DNA of 64,000 nucleotides from Asterias rubens (taxonomy: Eukaryota): assembly GCF_902459465.1 (NCBI RefSeq), contig NC_047067.1, positions 19,964,001-20,028,000 of the forward strand, given 5' to 3'. The notes beneath the pieces are model-generated. The model was given only the letters and a program-made list of their open reading frames with translations. It was not told the origin of the DNA and made no database searches. A program made the position numbers and the translations under genes. Below, piece by piece: positions 34,001 to 49,000 of this stretch (its first letter is position 1; the number at the start of each line of letters is the position of its first letter).

Positions 34001-37000
34001 ACTTTCTCCACCCCCATCAAAATACCTATTGAATTTTAAATCAAATTTTTTGGGACAAATCGGCAAAAAATCTGACATAGTATCTTTAATAATAATAATA
34101 ATAATAATTTAAATTTTATATTGCGCCCCTTACATACAAAATGATCAGAGGCGCAGAACACTTGTTAAAAAGCACAGAGTGGAAGAAAAAGACAAAGAAA
34201 AAAGACTGGTCACCAGGCCAGTGCCCAAACAAAAGTATGGGGATACGTCTGTCCCACCAACAGAGAACTAATTAATTACTTATTACATAGGCCTATCTCT
34301 GCTAGCATCGGTAATGTTTTGACCTTTTCAGGAGACAGACGCCTCTAACCCTAACTATGCTAAAATTCTAAACTAACTGGCAAGGTGACCATAGAAGAAG
34401 ACATAAAAAGCTAAAAAGTGGTATTAAAAAGATAGGTTTTTGTCAGCAGAGAAGTCAAGTAACATGGTCGCTACAAAGATGATAGGTGTACCAATAGCTA
34501 TAGGGAAATGTAATTACTCGTGGAATTTACTAGTTGCCCCGATAGTCGACACTTTCATCATTGGCTTAGATTTTTTGAAGGCCCAAAACGGTCAAATTGA
34601 TTTAGCAAATGATACAGTAGTGTTAAAAGGCGACAAGGTTCTAGCAAAAATCAAGACGCACGTTACGCTGTTCAGCAAGTAGTTCTAGATAGGAAGGTTG
34701 TAGTACCACCAAACACAGTTTTCCAAACTAAAGTAACACTCGACTCCTCCCCAACTAAAACTTTCTTAATTCATGCGCCCGAGAGAGATCACAAAGGATT
34801 GCTTATCCCATATTTATTAGTCAAATCAGATAGTGTAACTCCCATAGAACAATTGAAGAGTGAGGTGACTATAGGTATATGTAACGTTACCGATAGATAC
34901 CTACACTTAAACAGGGGACACATTGTAGGTAGGGCTGAAGAGATAGATGAAGTTATCCCAGAAACAGATTCCTATACTAATTCTTTTCGTGAAGAAAGGG
35001 CAACTCGGCGTTCGCTACAGAGCCCTGAATTACAATTTTGTGTGAGAGGAATAGGTACTCATAATGTGCCAAAACACATTCACAAATTATGGGAAAAATC
35101 AACTGCACAACTGTCAACAGAGCAATCGGGTGAATTGGCAAAATTACTCACAGAATATTCTGATGTTTTCTCAAAGGATGATTTAGATTTGGGTAAATTC
35201 TCAGATATAAAGCATCCAATCATTACTGGCACGGCTACTCCAATCAAACAAAAAATGCGGAGGACCCCGTTAGGTTTTGAAAATGAGGAAAAGGCTCATT
35301 TAGATTCATTATTAACAATGGGTGTAATAGAACCCTCAACTTCAGGATGGGCTTCACCCCCAGTACTTGTAAGGAAAAAAGATGGAAAAGTCCATTACTG
35401 TATTGACTATAGAGCTCTTAATAATGTCACTGCTAAAGATGCTTTCCCCTCACCAAATATTGACGAATGTTTAGATGTTTTGCAGGGAACCCAGTTCTTT
35501 AGCACCCTTGATATTACCAGTGGCTACTATCAAATAGAACTTGATGAAAGAGACAAAAACAAAACAGCTTTCACAACAAAGTATGGACTGTTTCAATACT
35601 GTCGTATGCCTTTTGGGCTATGTAATGCCCCAGCCACCTTTCAAAGGGCAATGAATTTGATACTAAGGGGATTGACTTGGAAGGAAGTCCTGGCTTATTT
35701 AGATGATGTAATTATCTTAGGAAAGGATTTTGACGATACAATGAGTACGTTAGGTAAAGTACTAGATAGGTTCCGGCAGCATAACTTGAAACTAAAGGCA
35801 GCAAAATGTCTTTTTATTTCAGGAACATGTTGTTTTCCTTGGCAAACTAGTGAGTCAAGTCGGTATTGCACCTAACCCGAGTAGCATAGAAGTAGTCAGA
35901 GACTGGCCTTAGCCAGCCTCGAAAAAGGATGTAGAAAGATTTATGGGGCTTGCCATTCACAACAGTATTTTTGCCTTTTTTCATGTGTGTTTGTGATCCA
36001 GTGACTGCTCAAGTTGTTTTGATCCATGAGTTGTTTCCCCAGATCATCAACAACAAGATTCTCAACATCAGTCCATATTTCCTAACATCAAAGTTTCAAC
36101 GTTGTTTTTCTTGTTATTCAATATGTAGGAAGCTTCTCAATTCAAGATAGCAGCTCTTCAGCGAGCATTAGACGAGAGCGTCCCATCGGCTGAACTAGAC
36201 TCCTCCAATCGTCAATACAATGAGCTAGCAGCCAAGTATAGAGACCTCCTACAAACAGATAATAAACTAGTGGCTAGGAATACTCACATCGACCAACTAG
36301 AGGTTAGAACCTAGGCCCAACTTCATAGAACTGCTTAAGCAGGAAATATTGCTCGAACATTTTGAAGTTCTAGAGCAGTGGCTTAACAACTAGACCTCTG
36401 AGATTGCTCGGTAGCTAGGAGAAATTGCTATATTTTAGCAGCAGGTACTGAACTGATTTAAGAGATGTTAAAAGTAGTGAGTTTACAGTGCTAACACACA
36501 TCGGTTTAAGGGTTTAACAAAAATAACATCCACTGTTATTTTGTCTTCTTAGTCGGAGAACAAACGTCTTGAAGAGGACGTTGACACCATGAAGAGAGAA
36601 TTGTCAACAGAGAAAGAGAAATTACACACGCTGGAGCTGGCTGTGGAAAACCTCGGCAAGATCGGAGGTAAGGAGCTATCTTCATTCTGTTGTTTCTTGA
36701 AATAGACATGTATTAATAATTATGGCTTCTTATATTGTGCTCATATCCGTCACTCCGCATTCAGTATTTTCCTGCAAGGTATGTGGGGCTACGTTTGAAG
36801 TATGAGACCTACTTCTTTACATAGCACCATGTAATGGTATACTAGGTGCTGTAGCGCAATATGCTGTCAATCAAACCAGGAACACCGGGGCAAACCCCTT
36901 CTCTTTTCGATAACTGCACTGGGTTCTTTCATGTGCATTACACAACATACACGACCAACGGCTTGACATCCAATTCAAAGGACGCAGCAATAATGGTATG

Positions 37001-40000
37001 TGTCTTGGACACAAGTGTTACAAGCATGACTCGAACCCACACTCTGCGGGGCCCAATTTTATGGCTGTGCTTACCGCGGAATTCTGCGCTTACGAACACG
37101 ATTCCCGCTTACGTGCAAGCGCCGATTTTCTGCGCTAGCCTTGTAAGCGTAGAATGCCTAGTAACGTGGAGTACGCACGCGCAGAAGCCAAAATTCGCTG
37201 CTAACCCGTGAAATACGCTTGCCGTAAGCACAGAATTCCCTGCTTCCGTAAGCGCCGATTCTGTGCTTACGGTAGCAGAGCCATGGAATTGGGCCCTGAT
37301 CTTTGAAATTGGGCCCGGTTCTTGTGCACAAAGTTCTGGTCCAGTAAATAATTTGAGAAACAAGCCCTGCAAGCCTGAAATGTTCCCCCCCCCAAAAAAC
37401 AAAATTCTAGCCCTGAAAAGGATTTAAAACAATATTTTTTACTGAATTGTATAATTCTCTGACAACAGAGGGCGTCAGCAAAAGATCTACAGTGGGTACC
37501 AGTGAGCATCTATCTCTTGCTAAACGTCTGACTACCATGGAGATGAAGGAACTGAACGAACGACAGCGAGCAGAGCACGCTGTGAGAATCCAAGACCAGC
37601 TTCGTAAGACCGTCGTCGAGATGGAGAACAGGAACATGGAACTGGAGCAGAAGTTTGCTGAGGTAATGAGCAAAGTGTAAATTTGTTGCGTCAGTGTAAA
37701 AATTTGTCTGGTGTTTCAAAAGAGGCTTCGTGCAAAAATGTTGTATTTTGATTTTGGGTTCGAGTCCCGGTCGTGACACTTGTATCGTTACGCAAGACGC
37801 TTTGCTTCTCTTCACACAGGGGTATAAAAGGGAGCTGAGAAGGATTAAAGGAATATTAAGTGCATTGTACAATGCACTACATAAGAACTAGTTATTGTAA
37901 TTATTATTTGTTGTTTTTTTCTTCAAAGCTAACCAGACTAAATTTAGAAGCTCAAAGGACGGAGCAGGAGTTGCGAGACGAATTGACGACGTGCGTTACT
38001 AAGGCAGCCAGCGATGTGGATAAGAGACGTATCGTCGAGTTGGAGAGATCAGAGACGACGTTACGACTCGAGAGTGAAAAATTAAAGGTAGGTGTGGAAG
38101 CCAGGAAAATAAGAGGAGTACAATTTTGAGTCGAAGAAAAAACGTGTCGAGTTTGAGTGCTTCTTATTGACTTTTCATCTTTTTTTACTACTTTGCAGGA
38201 AATGGTTGACGTTGCGTCATTTCAGACCAAGGCTTTGGAATCGAGACAAGTGTCCAGAGAGAAGGAAGTTCTATCACTACGGCAACAACTGATTGATATT
38301 CAGACGCAGAGTGATGAAAAGGCAATCATAGGTAAATATTTTGAGTCAAGCTATTCTTAGCAGAAATAGGTTTCCAGCCAAAGAGCCATGTCTTTTATTT
38401 TGTTGCGACTGATACCCAGCCATTATTTTGCTTAGCAAAATTTCCTGCTTAGCAGTTTCATGAAGTTGAGTCCAGCACACCCAATTTCTTGGACATACTT
38501 AACGAGCAAATATTGCTAACAAGTTTTTGCTTAGCGAAAATAAGCAGTAAACCAGTCACAGACTCCACATGTGACATGGTATTTTGGCTGGTTGCCATGG
38601 TAAACATAATTTTGTTGTGCTCATAGTTACTGCAGCTCTATGAAATAGGACCCTGATAGAGACGATGAAAACTTGCTTAGCTAATTTCTGTGACTTTACT
38701 TGAATCCTACGTAGGAAAGCTCCATCATCACATAGTAGCCCTTCAAGTGAGTGAAGGAACGGCTGTCCGCAAACTGGAGGCGGCCAATGCCAAGATAAAA
38801 AAACTAGAAGCCCAGATTCTAAGACTTCAGCGCCATCTGGATGAACGAGCCCAGAGTCTGTATCACTGCCAGGTAGACGCCCGCAACAAGGCCAGGCATC
38901 TTAAGAGGACTATTCAGGTAATAGGACAATCATCGGGTCTTGTTCCCTGAGCAAGGTTACATAGTATAACACTAGAAGACACAAGGCGCCTGACTATTTT
39001 CACTTCCAGCCTCGATTTTGTCAAGTGTTGATGTGGAAGAAAACAAAATGGCTGCTATACCACAGCTTGGGCTGTGTATGAATTGGGGGCTGCGGCAAAG
39101 GCTATGGCTGGATTGCTGCATCTTCATACAAACACAGGGATGTGGCTGATTAGCAGCGCCTACAAATCGGAGTGGCCTGCATTGTATTTCAGGTTTCACG
39201 TAATCAAACCACATCTCCTCTGTAAGACTCTCTTCAATGGCTACCAATTGACAAAAGACCCAAACTTGATTGCCATTTGTAACCCCTATTATCCAGGAAC
39301 TCAGGCGTCAGTTTAGTGGAGCTATACCGCTAGCAGATCAGGAGAAATTCTCCAAAGCCATGCTTCAACTGAAGACGGACAAAGAACACATGCAGAGTGA
39401 AGTCAAAGTGGTAAGCAAAAATTGCATCTGCATGCAAGTCATTGACAAGAAATCAACACTATTTATAGGTCTCCTGACGATGACTATAGCAAGCTAATCA
39501 AAACGTTGAGACTGATGGGGTACTGAAGTTAATATAAGAAGTCCCCTTGATCCACTAAAGTGAAAGTAGTAATAAACAGGACAGTTCTTTTTAAAAACAA
39601 GAAGTTTTGAATTATGAAAAATCTACTCCACGATAGTAGAATGTACAGCAAGACAAGTTCTCAAAAGAAAATAATCTACCCAGCAAGTAGATATACACGT
39701 GGTTTTACACCAAACCTAAATATACAATGATACCTACCTCACCATGCCATGCCTAAAACCTATTACACCATTTTTATTCCAGTTGAAATACGAGCGAGAG
39801 AAAGTGTCTGACCAGCTGGCAGAGTTGGAGATGAAACACCAGGGACTTCAGGAGTTAATGGAGACCCTTCAAGATGGTAAAGGAGCTGCTAAGGTTGCTG
39901 AATGGCACGCTAAGATGCAAGACACCAGACTGCAACATCTTAAACTGTCTAGACAGATAGGACGACTTCAGGAACAGGTGAGGATTATAATTATTATACT

Positions 40001-43000
40001 TATTGACCAAAACCAACAGCGGATGAGCTGCCATTTACAGTAAAGGATAAAACACAAAAATATTCATGTAGCATATATGTATGTACATAGTAAACATAAA
40101 AATAGAAACGTCTTTGGAAAGACAATTAAAGCAAACATAAATTACAATTGGGAAAAAGAAACAAAGAAATATGATGTCTTAAAGAAGGCTGTAAAAAATA
40201 ATATATAAATGTACTTTAAAAACGTGCATTATGACAGGTTTGGCCATGTCCGAATGGACATCTACATTTATATAACTGACATATAGATCCTTGTCATTTG
40301 ATTGGTGGAACTTACTTCACGTGACATTCACTATTACTCCCATCCGCACAGGTGATCAAAAAGACCTATTCGTCCATGGGGAATAGCATTTCCCATTCAA
40401 TAGTTAGGATCATCCTTGTTCCCAATGTTTTTGAGCAGTACAGCGCCGCCGCGCCGCTGCTAAAATAAAGGAGCACCTGTGCAAAAGGGCAAAAGGTTGT
40501 GATCCGATTTGTGCATTGTTGCCGCTACGCGGCGCTATATGATTTTTGGTTGTCAGTAATTTGTGTGATTTTTCATAATGTTATACTTTTAAAATACATC
40601 AGATGACAAGGATCTATCTGTCAGTTATATAAAACAAATATTGAGTGGCTTTAATTCTGTTCCATTTCACTCGGCTTCGCCTCGTGAAATGGAACGTCCA
40701 AATTTTACCTTGCGATAATATTCCTCCCATCCCACTCTGAGCCACTCAATATTTGTATACTATGTCTATGATTAGAGCTCTGTCTATGCTAGATCTCTGG
40801 CTAGAGCTATACTACGTCTATGGCTAGTTTCCCACGTCATAAAGCATTGAAGTATGGGGCTGCCTTAGTAGCAGTCATAGCCATAGCTGTACCTACTCGA
40901 ATACAGCCTCGGGCTAAAAAAGGTCATGGTGCACTCATCTTGAGGGTATTTTCTCATATGCTCACATACTTATCATCTACCATTTTCTTGAACTGCAGAC
41001 TAAGTTTCTTGACAGTCTGTCGGCCAAGCATGAGATGACCATCACATACCTGGAGCAGGACAACGTGCGGATCACGAGGGAGTCCGAGGAAAGACAGTTA
41101 CTATGGGAACAGCGGGAGGTGGAACTAGAGAGAATGATTGACAGCTTAGAGAGGCAGCAGAAGGAGATGGCTAATGCTGCATTAAGGGTAGGTCTAAGCG
41201 TCACATAGTAAAACTGCTAAGCACTAGAACTTAATTGTTGTTTGTGGTTGTTTTTCTTTTCAGTTCGACTGGTTGGTGTTTACGCTTTCGTTTGTCTATT
41301 TGGGGGTTGAAATATATTTTAACTATTCTTTTACTTACCATCTTTTGTTTTATTTTTCACTGCAGTTTTAGATTTCTGTGTATTATCTAACAATTTTGTT
41401 TATTCTTATTGAGCAAGGTCTGGGAGGGGACATCTTTTTTTGGACAGTTTTTTACTTTTGCCTTTCCCTGGACGGCATCTGGTCGTACCGTTGTATTGTC
41501 CTTAGAATTAAAATAATTTTGTTTAAACTTGGCTAAGCACAGGATCTTACCCATTAGAAACAGTGCCTACCAGTAACCAAATTGTTGTGAATTAGATTTG
41601 AGTAAGTTTTTGTATTGTTTTTTTTCTTTCGACTCTGATTTGATGTTGTCAGTTTGAGGAGGCTACTGGCTCGTTACCTGATCCTAGTTTACCGATCTCC
41701 AGTCAGCTAGAGCATGCAATCCGCTCTATCAAGAATCATATCAAGACTATACTGGACGTCAGAGCAGAGAATAAGACACTACAGAAGGTAAGTATTCACT
41801 GTTTTAATCCTATATAAATATAGATGTATACAATCAAAATAACCTATGAAAATTTGGGTACAAAAGATGTTCCTCAAAAATATGGAGCGACTATGTCCAC
41901 GCAGGAAGAATAGTCCATAATTGGAATAGACAATCTGAGAGATATTACTGTCATTAATGGTCACATTTATTTTATTTTTTTTTTTTTGGGGGGGTGATAA
42001 AAACTTTTTTTTTTTTAATATCAAAATAACTTACCAGAGTGAAATGATTCTCAAAATGCTTTATACTAATCGAAAACATTTATTTCAATGAGTTTTAGGA
42101 GTGATTATAATTGTCTTTAATTTTTTATTTACTTTAAAGCACTGTCCAGACCTAGCTTATTTGCTTCAAGGTGTTTGTTTTTAAGAAACCAATATTACTA
42201 CTACATATTTATACATGATTTCATTTTCTGAACAGAAACTCTCGGACACCTCGATCCTCCTGAAGGAGGCAGAAGACAACCTCCTCCAGAGAGATAAGAT
42301 TATCAACGAGCTTCGACTCCGCCTCCCAGCCTCCTCAGAGCGAGATGAGATCATCAAGGATGGAATGGCGCAAGGGGTTCGCTTTAAGGCCCTGGAAGAA
42401 ACCTGCGAGCATAAACAGGCTCTCAGGGTGGCTCAGACACAGATAGAAGGCTTGCAGGTAGGTTGGGTTCAATACATCACTTTGGCTTGGTTATACATGA
42501 CTGAGCAGTCTGGTGCAGTGGACTCCAGGGCCCGATTTCATAGAGCACAAAAAGCAGCTAAGCAACAAAACTATCCTTACCAGAATAAGGATACCAGCCA
42601 AAATAACATGTCTCATGGTGCACTTGACTCAAGGACCCAATTTCACAGAGTTGCTTAAGCGCAAAAAACAGCTAAGCACAACACATGCTTTTAGGGTTTC
42701 CAGCCAAAATAGCATGTCTCATGTACAATCTGACTGGTATCTGGCTTAGTTTTGCTAAGTAGAACATTTTTAAGCATTTCTTTTCTGCTTACATTGTAAG
42801 CAGCTCTGTGTAGTCGGGCCATGTTCTGATATTGTCAGAGTCTGGGATTCGGTCCCGGTCATGGCACTTGTGCTTGTGAGAAAGACACTTTGGCATGGGA
42901 TGATATGCCCCCGATGGTCATGTGATGTCCTTTTGACAAATCATAACAGATCTGTCCCAGGTATTTATGAATAACAGATGGTTGACTTTTGCTGTTGAGA

Positions 43001-46000
43001 TATGCCTATTTTGGGGATTTGTTTTGCATAGTTCCAAATCATCCACAGGTTGTGGCAGGTTAGAGTGTGACACAAGCAATTACAATCAAACAATGTAAAT
43101 GAAAACAAGTTGAAAGACAGATCTTGGTTTTAATGTATTCTTGTTCTCTGTAACAGACACGCTTACAAAAGAAAGAGGAAGCCTTGCAGAAATATGTGGA
43201 ACTACTGGATGAAGCAAGACAGGTTCGTTGAGAAATCCTTACCCTCATTTACACTCCTCGTTCTTGAAGTACAAACTACATAACTGATTTGAAGGCAGTC
43301 TTAGTTTTTGATGATCAATGGTTTGATTTCTTCATTTAGGAGTCGGCTGGGGAACACAAGAAACATCTTGAAGAGATCAACAATCTGCACTTGAAGCTCC
43401 ACGGCCAATCAGACGCTGCCTTCAATAAGTTTAAGAAAGCTGCTCAGGTAAGTACTATCCTGTCCACGACAAGATTTTCCTTAGACAAAACAATCAGGAC
43501 AAACCATCGGTTTAGTTAAAAGGCACTTCTACTTTTTGCTGAAGACGAGTTTACTGATTAAATTGTTGAGACAACAGCAACAGCTTTTCAAAGTATTGAA
43601 TTTATAAAGCCCCTAAATTAAAGGTTTACTCAAAGGCCCTGAGGCACAGAAGAAATAAACAAGTAGGCTTTCAGAGTGGTCTTGAATGTGTTGAAGGATG
43701 TTGGGTTCCTGATGTGATTTGGAAGTTTATTCCGGGGGTGGATTTCACAAAGAGTTAGGACTAGTCTTATCTCGAGTTAGGACCAGTTACTCGTCCTAAC
43801 TTAGGACTATCCATGCAGTTTGTATATCTCCTAGGACTAGTCCTAAGTTAGGACTTGTCCTAACTCTTTGTGAAATCCACCCCTGAGTTTGTTTCCATAG
43901 ACTGGGAAGGCTCTCTCTTCAAAAATATTTTGTGCTTTAGCAACTCTATGAAATTGAACCCCGGACTCAAACCCACATTCTACTAATCAGAAACATCAGG
44001 GTCCAGTGCGCTTGTATGCTCGGCCACAAAATGCCATGAGACAAATGGACTTAACATAAGATACTTCATCACTATGTTCTCCTTTCTTTCTTGATTTTAG
44101 ACCCTTGTGAACCAGCCAGGAGCACCTGTTCCCACCAATAAGCAACTCGCTCGGCTGCAGGAACTTGAAGATCTTCTCGCTGAGCAAGATAACTCCCTCT
44201 CAGCGATGTCGATCAGGTTGAAAGGAGCCAACACTGAGACCAGCAAGTGGAAGGAGGTGCTGGAGCGGAAAGTACGAGAGAATAAGGCTACCACAGCTAG
44301 GTAGGAAAACAATATATATACATATATATTGTTTTTTCCCACAACCCTACACTCCCCTTAACCTTTACCATTATCTCTTCTCCTAGGCTGAAGGGTGAAC
44401 ATAATGCAGAAGTGACACGCCTTGAGGGTGAAATCAGCGGACTGAAGAATGTCATACAAGAAAAAGAAGACGAGGTTTGCCTTTCAATGTTTTTTTATAT
44501 ATTTGTTTTTTCAAAAATGTTAAGGTTTTTTTTCCTTTTGAAATATTTCATTGTTGTAAAATCCTTTGCTTGTCTATGAATGTTTAAACTGTTTGGAAAT
44601 GCATTTTCAAATCAAGAAAATTGTTGTGGAAATTACATTTTTAAAATTTATTATTTAGGTCTTCACAATAGAATAAACGATCTTTGCTGTAATTTTCATT
44701 AACTAATTATTGTCATTAATATTATTGCCATTAATTTGTATTAAGAAAACTTTTATTTCATTTGTTTTTTCCAAACTGCACGTCAATTTGACGGCAAAGT
44801 TTTGTTGCTCACTTATAAAAAAATAACATTCATTATTATTTATTGATTTGTTTTATTTCACTGATCGAGCATTAGGATTATTAGAACAACTATTATAACA
44901 TAAAGTTTTTTAGAGTGATTTAGCTCAATTGTCTAAAGTTTTTTTTGATTCCATTTCTTTATTGATAGATTAAAAGTTTGCAATCAGAGCTTGACTCGCA
45001 GAAAGAGGCCAATGCGAGGGCGCCAACAACCACAATGAAGTCTCTCGTAGAGAGACTCAGACACGACTTGGCTCTCAAAGAAAAACAACACAAGGTAAGT
45101 TGGCATTATTTTTATGATTTGTTTTATTGAATATCAAGGGGCGTGACATGGCCGAGTGGATAAGAACACAAAACTCTGGTGTTTCTGATCAGCAAAGTGT
45201 CGGTGCTCACCTGGGTCAGCCCCCAGTGCCCTCCTTGTGGAGTGGGTCACTTGGGGTGACCTGAGGTGCATGCCCTCACCACAAGAGGGCGAGTGTGATC
45301 GTTCGATTAGCTCTTGTCAGGGGCTAACCCGAGTGAGCACTGCGAGGTGGACCCAGGCAAGCATATCGAATGCACCCGATGTAATGCACAAGAAAAAAAA
45401 TGGTGAACTTATTAAAAAGAGAAGGGGTTCGCCGCGGTATTCCAGGTCTGATTGGCTGCATATTGCGGCACAGCACCTTGTATCGTACTTTGAAAGAAAT
45501 CGTGATCAAACTTGGTATGCCTCTGTTCCTAGAGTTGAGCCATTTGGATATTTCGGTAAATAACACAACAAGGGTCTTGAACCACTTCAATGCTTTCAGT
45601 AATATTCAAAGTGTTTTCTATGAAAAGTCCATTTAGTGTGGCTCTTGTTCTTATTTGAGTATTGATTGTTTGCTTGTAGTCTCTGAGTCAGGCGTTACTT
45701 AAGCTAAGAGCTGACATGGTAGAGACGGCACAGCAGAATGTGAAGTCTAATGCTGATGATCAAGAACAACAGATCAATGTGCAGAGACTGCTGGAGAAGG
45801 AGACTAAACATATCAGGGTAAATTGAAGTCTAGATTTGTTTTTAATCAAAGAAAAACAATTGTAAAAATTTTGTATTTTTCTTAGCGGTTTCTGCTGTGA
45901 TATTGCTAATATATTTAGTTTAAAATATCTTGTTCAGACAAGTTAACCTTGGAAGCTCTGGTCAGAAAAGATAGTTTGTGAGAGAAACCAAAAAATGTGA

Positions 46001-49000
46001 ATTTTTAATCAGGAAATGATTTTCTTAAATCCGTGAGAGGCTTATCAGGCATGTTTTTTTTTTAGTCTGATTTCTGATTTTTTTACCCCTCAGAAAAATC
46101 AGTGAAATTGTGATTAAGTAGCCTGAAAAGTCTGTAAAAGCCTGTACCATTTGTACATGTAGGTCAGCCCTTGTACTCGTTGACACTTTTATACTTTTCC
46201 CAAGGACCAAATATCGTGCTTGGTTTGTTTTGATTTTACTTAAATGAATTCTGATTTCTGTACTGCAAGATCTTGTTTTTTTTTAACTGGCACATGTTCC
46301 TAATGGTTGTTAACAACATTGTTGATGTGGTTTCCACAGGAGCAGTTGGAGGAGGCTCGGAGCAAGTTCGACAGCGCCAAGAAAGACTTGAAGAAACACA
46401 GAGCTCAGTCGTCCTCTCTGAACAGAGAAATTCAAGAACACAAACGGGTAACAGAGTGAACCTTTGAATCATCTGATAAGCGATGCCCCTCTCTACCATT
46501 GCAAATATAACAAAAATAACGATAAGTTCTCATACGGTTCGAATAATAATAATTGGTTCTTTTTTGCTCTACGAAAATTGGATGTTCGGATTTTCCAACT
46601 TTTTTACAGGCAGAAAACAAATCTTGTCCCTGTTATAATTCAGATAATTGTTTATTTTTGTCTTCGTAAAAGTGAATGATATAAATGTCAAAAGACAAAT
46701 CATTTGAGGAAACTGGTTTTATATTAAAACATTCAAACTGTTTTAATTTTTCCCCCTCTGTTTAGGATTTTGACGCCAAATCATCAGCACTCCAGAAACT
46801 GCAGGAAGAACACAAGAAGCTGCAGCAGAAGATGGATGTACAGATGAGAGGTCAAAAGGTCAGAAATAGATCTCTCTCAAGTCAACTGCTGTTCTATGTT
46901 TGATTGTTCCTTTGGGGTTGTATAAAGCTTTGTTTAATAGTCAATGTATGGCATTAGATTATTCAATGAATTTTACAGAAAGAAAAAAAAATACGTCATA
47001 ACATTTTTGTGAGTATTTGACTGTAAGGGTGTGTGTGACCTTATTTTGTGTGATGTAAAACAAGTAAATCAACCTGGGTTTTTTTTTGGGGGGAGGGAGT
47101 TTTTTATTTATTTTTATTTAATTTTACTTTGCCTTTATCCTGTTTTATAAAATTACATTTCATTAGGTACCAGTAAACAGATTTCAAATGTTCTTTATCT
47201 TTTTGTTGTTGTTTTGCAGCATGCTGATGAACCCGAAAAAGGGCCGTCGTCAGAAACCGACAAACTCAAGAGACATATACAAGCACTAGAGGAACAACTC
47301 CAACAAACGAAGGGGTCAGATGTCAAAGGGGTGACCTCTGACCCAAAGAAAGAACAGGTATGTAGATTTTAGTTTAAAATGATGTGCTTAGCACATTTGG
47401 GCCAATAACATTCCTTTCATCTTTCTCAGCTCCCTGGGGAGTATACAACATGGGCAACCAATGCTCTAGAGGCTTTTTCATGCTCAATATCAACCTCTAC
47501 CCTAACAGGTACCCATTTATACCCCTGGCTAAAAGAGAAGCAATAATATCAAAGTATCTTGCTCAAGGACACAAGTGCCATGACTGGGATTCGAACGCAC
47601 ACTCCGATGACTTACCCACCAGAACTTGAATTTGGTGCAAAACCACTCGGCAATGACACCCTACACGCGTGTAAAGCCTCCCTCACCTCTGAAGCCCCTT
47701 AAGCTTGTGAGGTGAGAGATTCCGTGTCACAACAAAACCAGTAAGGACATTTTTCACGGGCAAAATAATTATGTATTTTTTATTACAGTCTGTCGTTGAG
47801 GTGGCCAAATGGGAGGAAGGCAAGAAGTGGGAGAAGAGAGTTGAGAGTCTGAAGTCCAAGCTGAAGGATAAAGATAAAGAACTTGAGCAGTTACTGAAGA
47901 GCAATAAGATGATGAAAGAGGCTCTGAATCGGACAGAGAGGGTCAAAGCCACGACGTCAACCAAACTTGAATCCACTAGGAAGACGCTGACCTCTGACCC
48001 TGCTGTTGAGGAGCTGAGGAATCGAAACTATGAACTGGAAGAAGAGGTGAGTTTCATCTGATTGGTAAGCTGTGTTTTGGGGACAACTCTACAAACCCTT
48101 GCTTTATATAGCAATAATGAGCAGGATACCAGTCACTGACTGTACATGTGGCATGGTTTTTTGGATGCTAAGCTTAGTCTGGCCAGCAATTTGTTTTATT
48201 TATTTGCTTAGCTTATTTTTGTACTTAAGCAGCTCTTTGAATTGGGCCCTGTTTATAATTTTAGGTGGCATCAATGAAGCGCAAGCAAGCCTTGGGTCAA
48301 AGTTCACTGATGGAGGAAGTTCAGACGAGAAATCGACAGCTGACGGAGAAGCTAGACTTGATGGAGAGACAGATGGCAAAACGATTGGCTAAGAGTGTTG
48401 AGGTAGGTTTGGACACAACAGTTAACATTTTCAACATTTTTTATTCAAAATTAAAAGTTGATTTGGGGTTGAACAAAGACAAATTTAACAGTGAGCGATT
48501 TTAACCATTGTCCTCCTGATTGCCGTGCCGCCGCTCTCCTAACTGAGCTTATCTATCAGTCTCTTGTGGTTTATCATTTGATAAAATAAAAAGTTTTTCT
48601 GAAGAAGCAAACTGAGAATGAAATATACTGTTCGCTTGGGCCATTGAATTTTTTCAGAACTGCCACAGTTCATTAGAGCATAAGAGAGATATAATAACTC
48701 AATGTAGCTTTCTAGATTCCCACCAAATCTTTCGGTTTGAATTTCATTCTTTACTCTCTGTCTTCATCCAGCCTGGAAGTGAACCGAGCATCGGGGCAGC
48801 TTCCCGACCAGAAAAAGAAGAAGCCCTCCAGCGTCAGATCCTAGAGCTCTCCCAGGAGAATCTGGAGCTCCGATTTGACTTTGAGAATGCTAACAGAGAC
48901 GTCCCTAGACTCAAGCAACGCATTGAAGATCTACAGAGCTACAACGAGGCGCTAAAGGCCGACCTAGAGCAAGAGAGAGGTCATAGAGCAAAGAGTCGGC

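Noticed and set aside
26286-47976. Antisense ORFs overlapping CEP290 exons (e.g. 29822-30040, 37407-37673, 47683-47976)
   Set aside because: Shadow ORFs of coiled-coil codon usage on the opposite strand.
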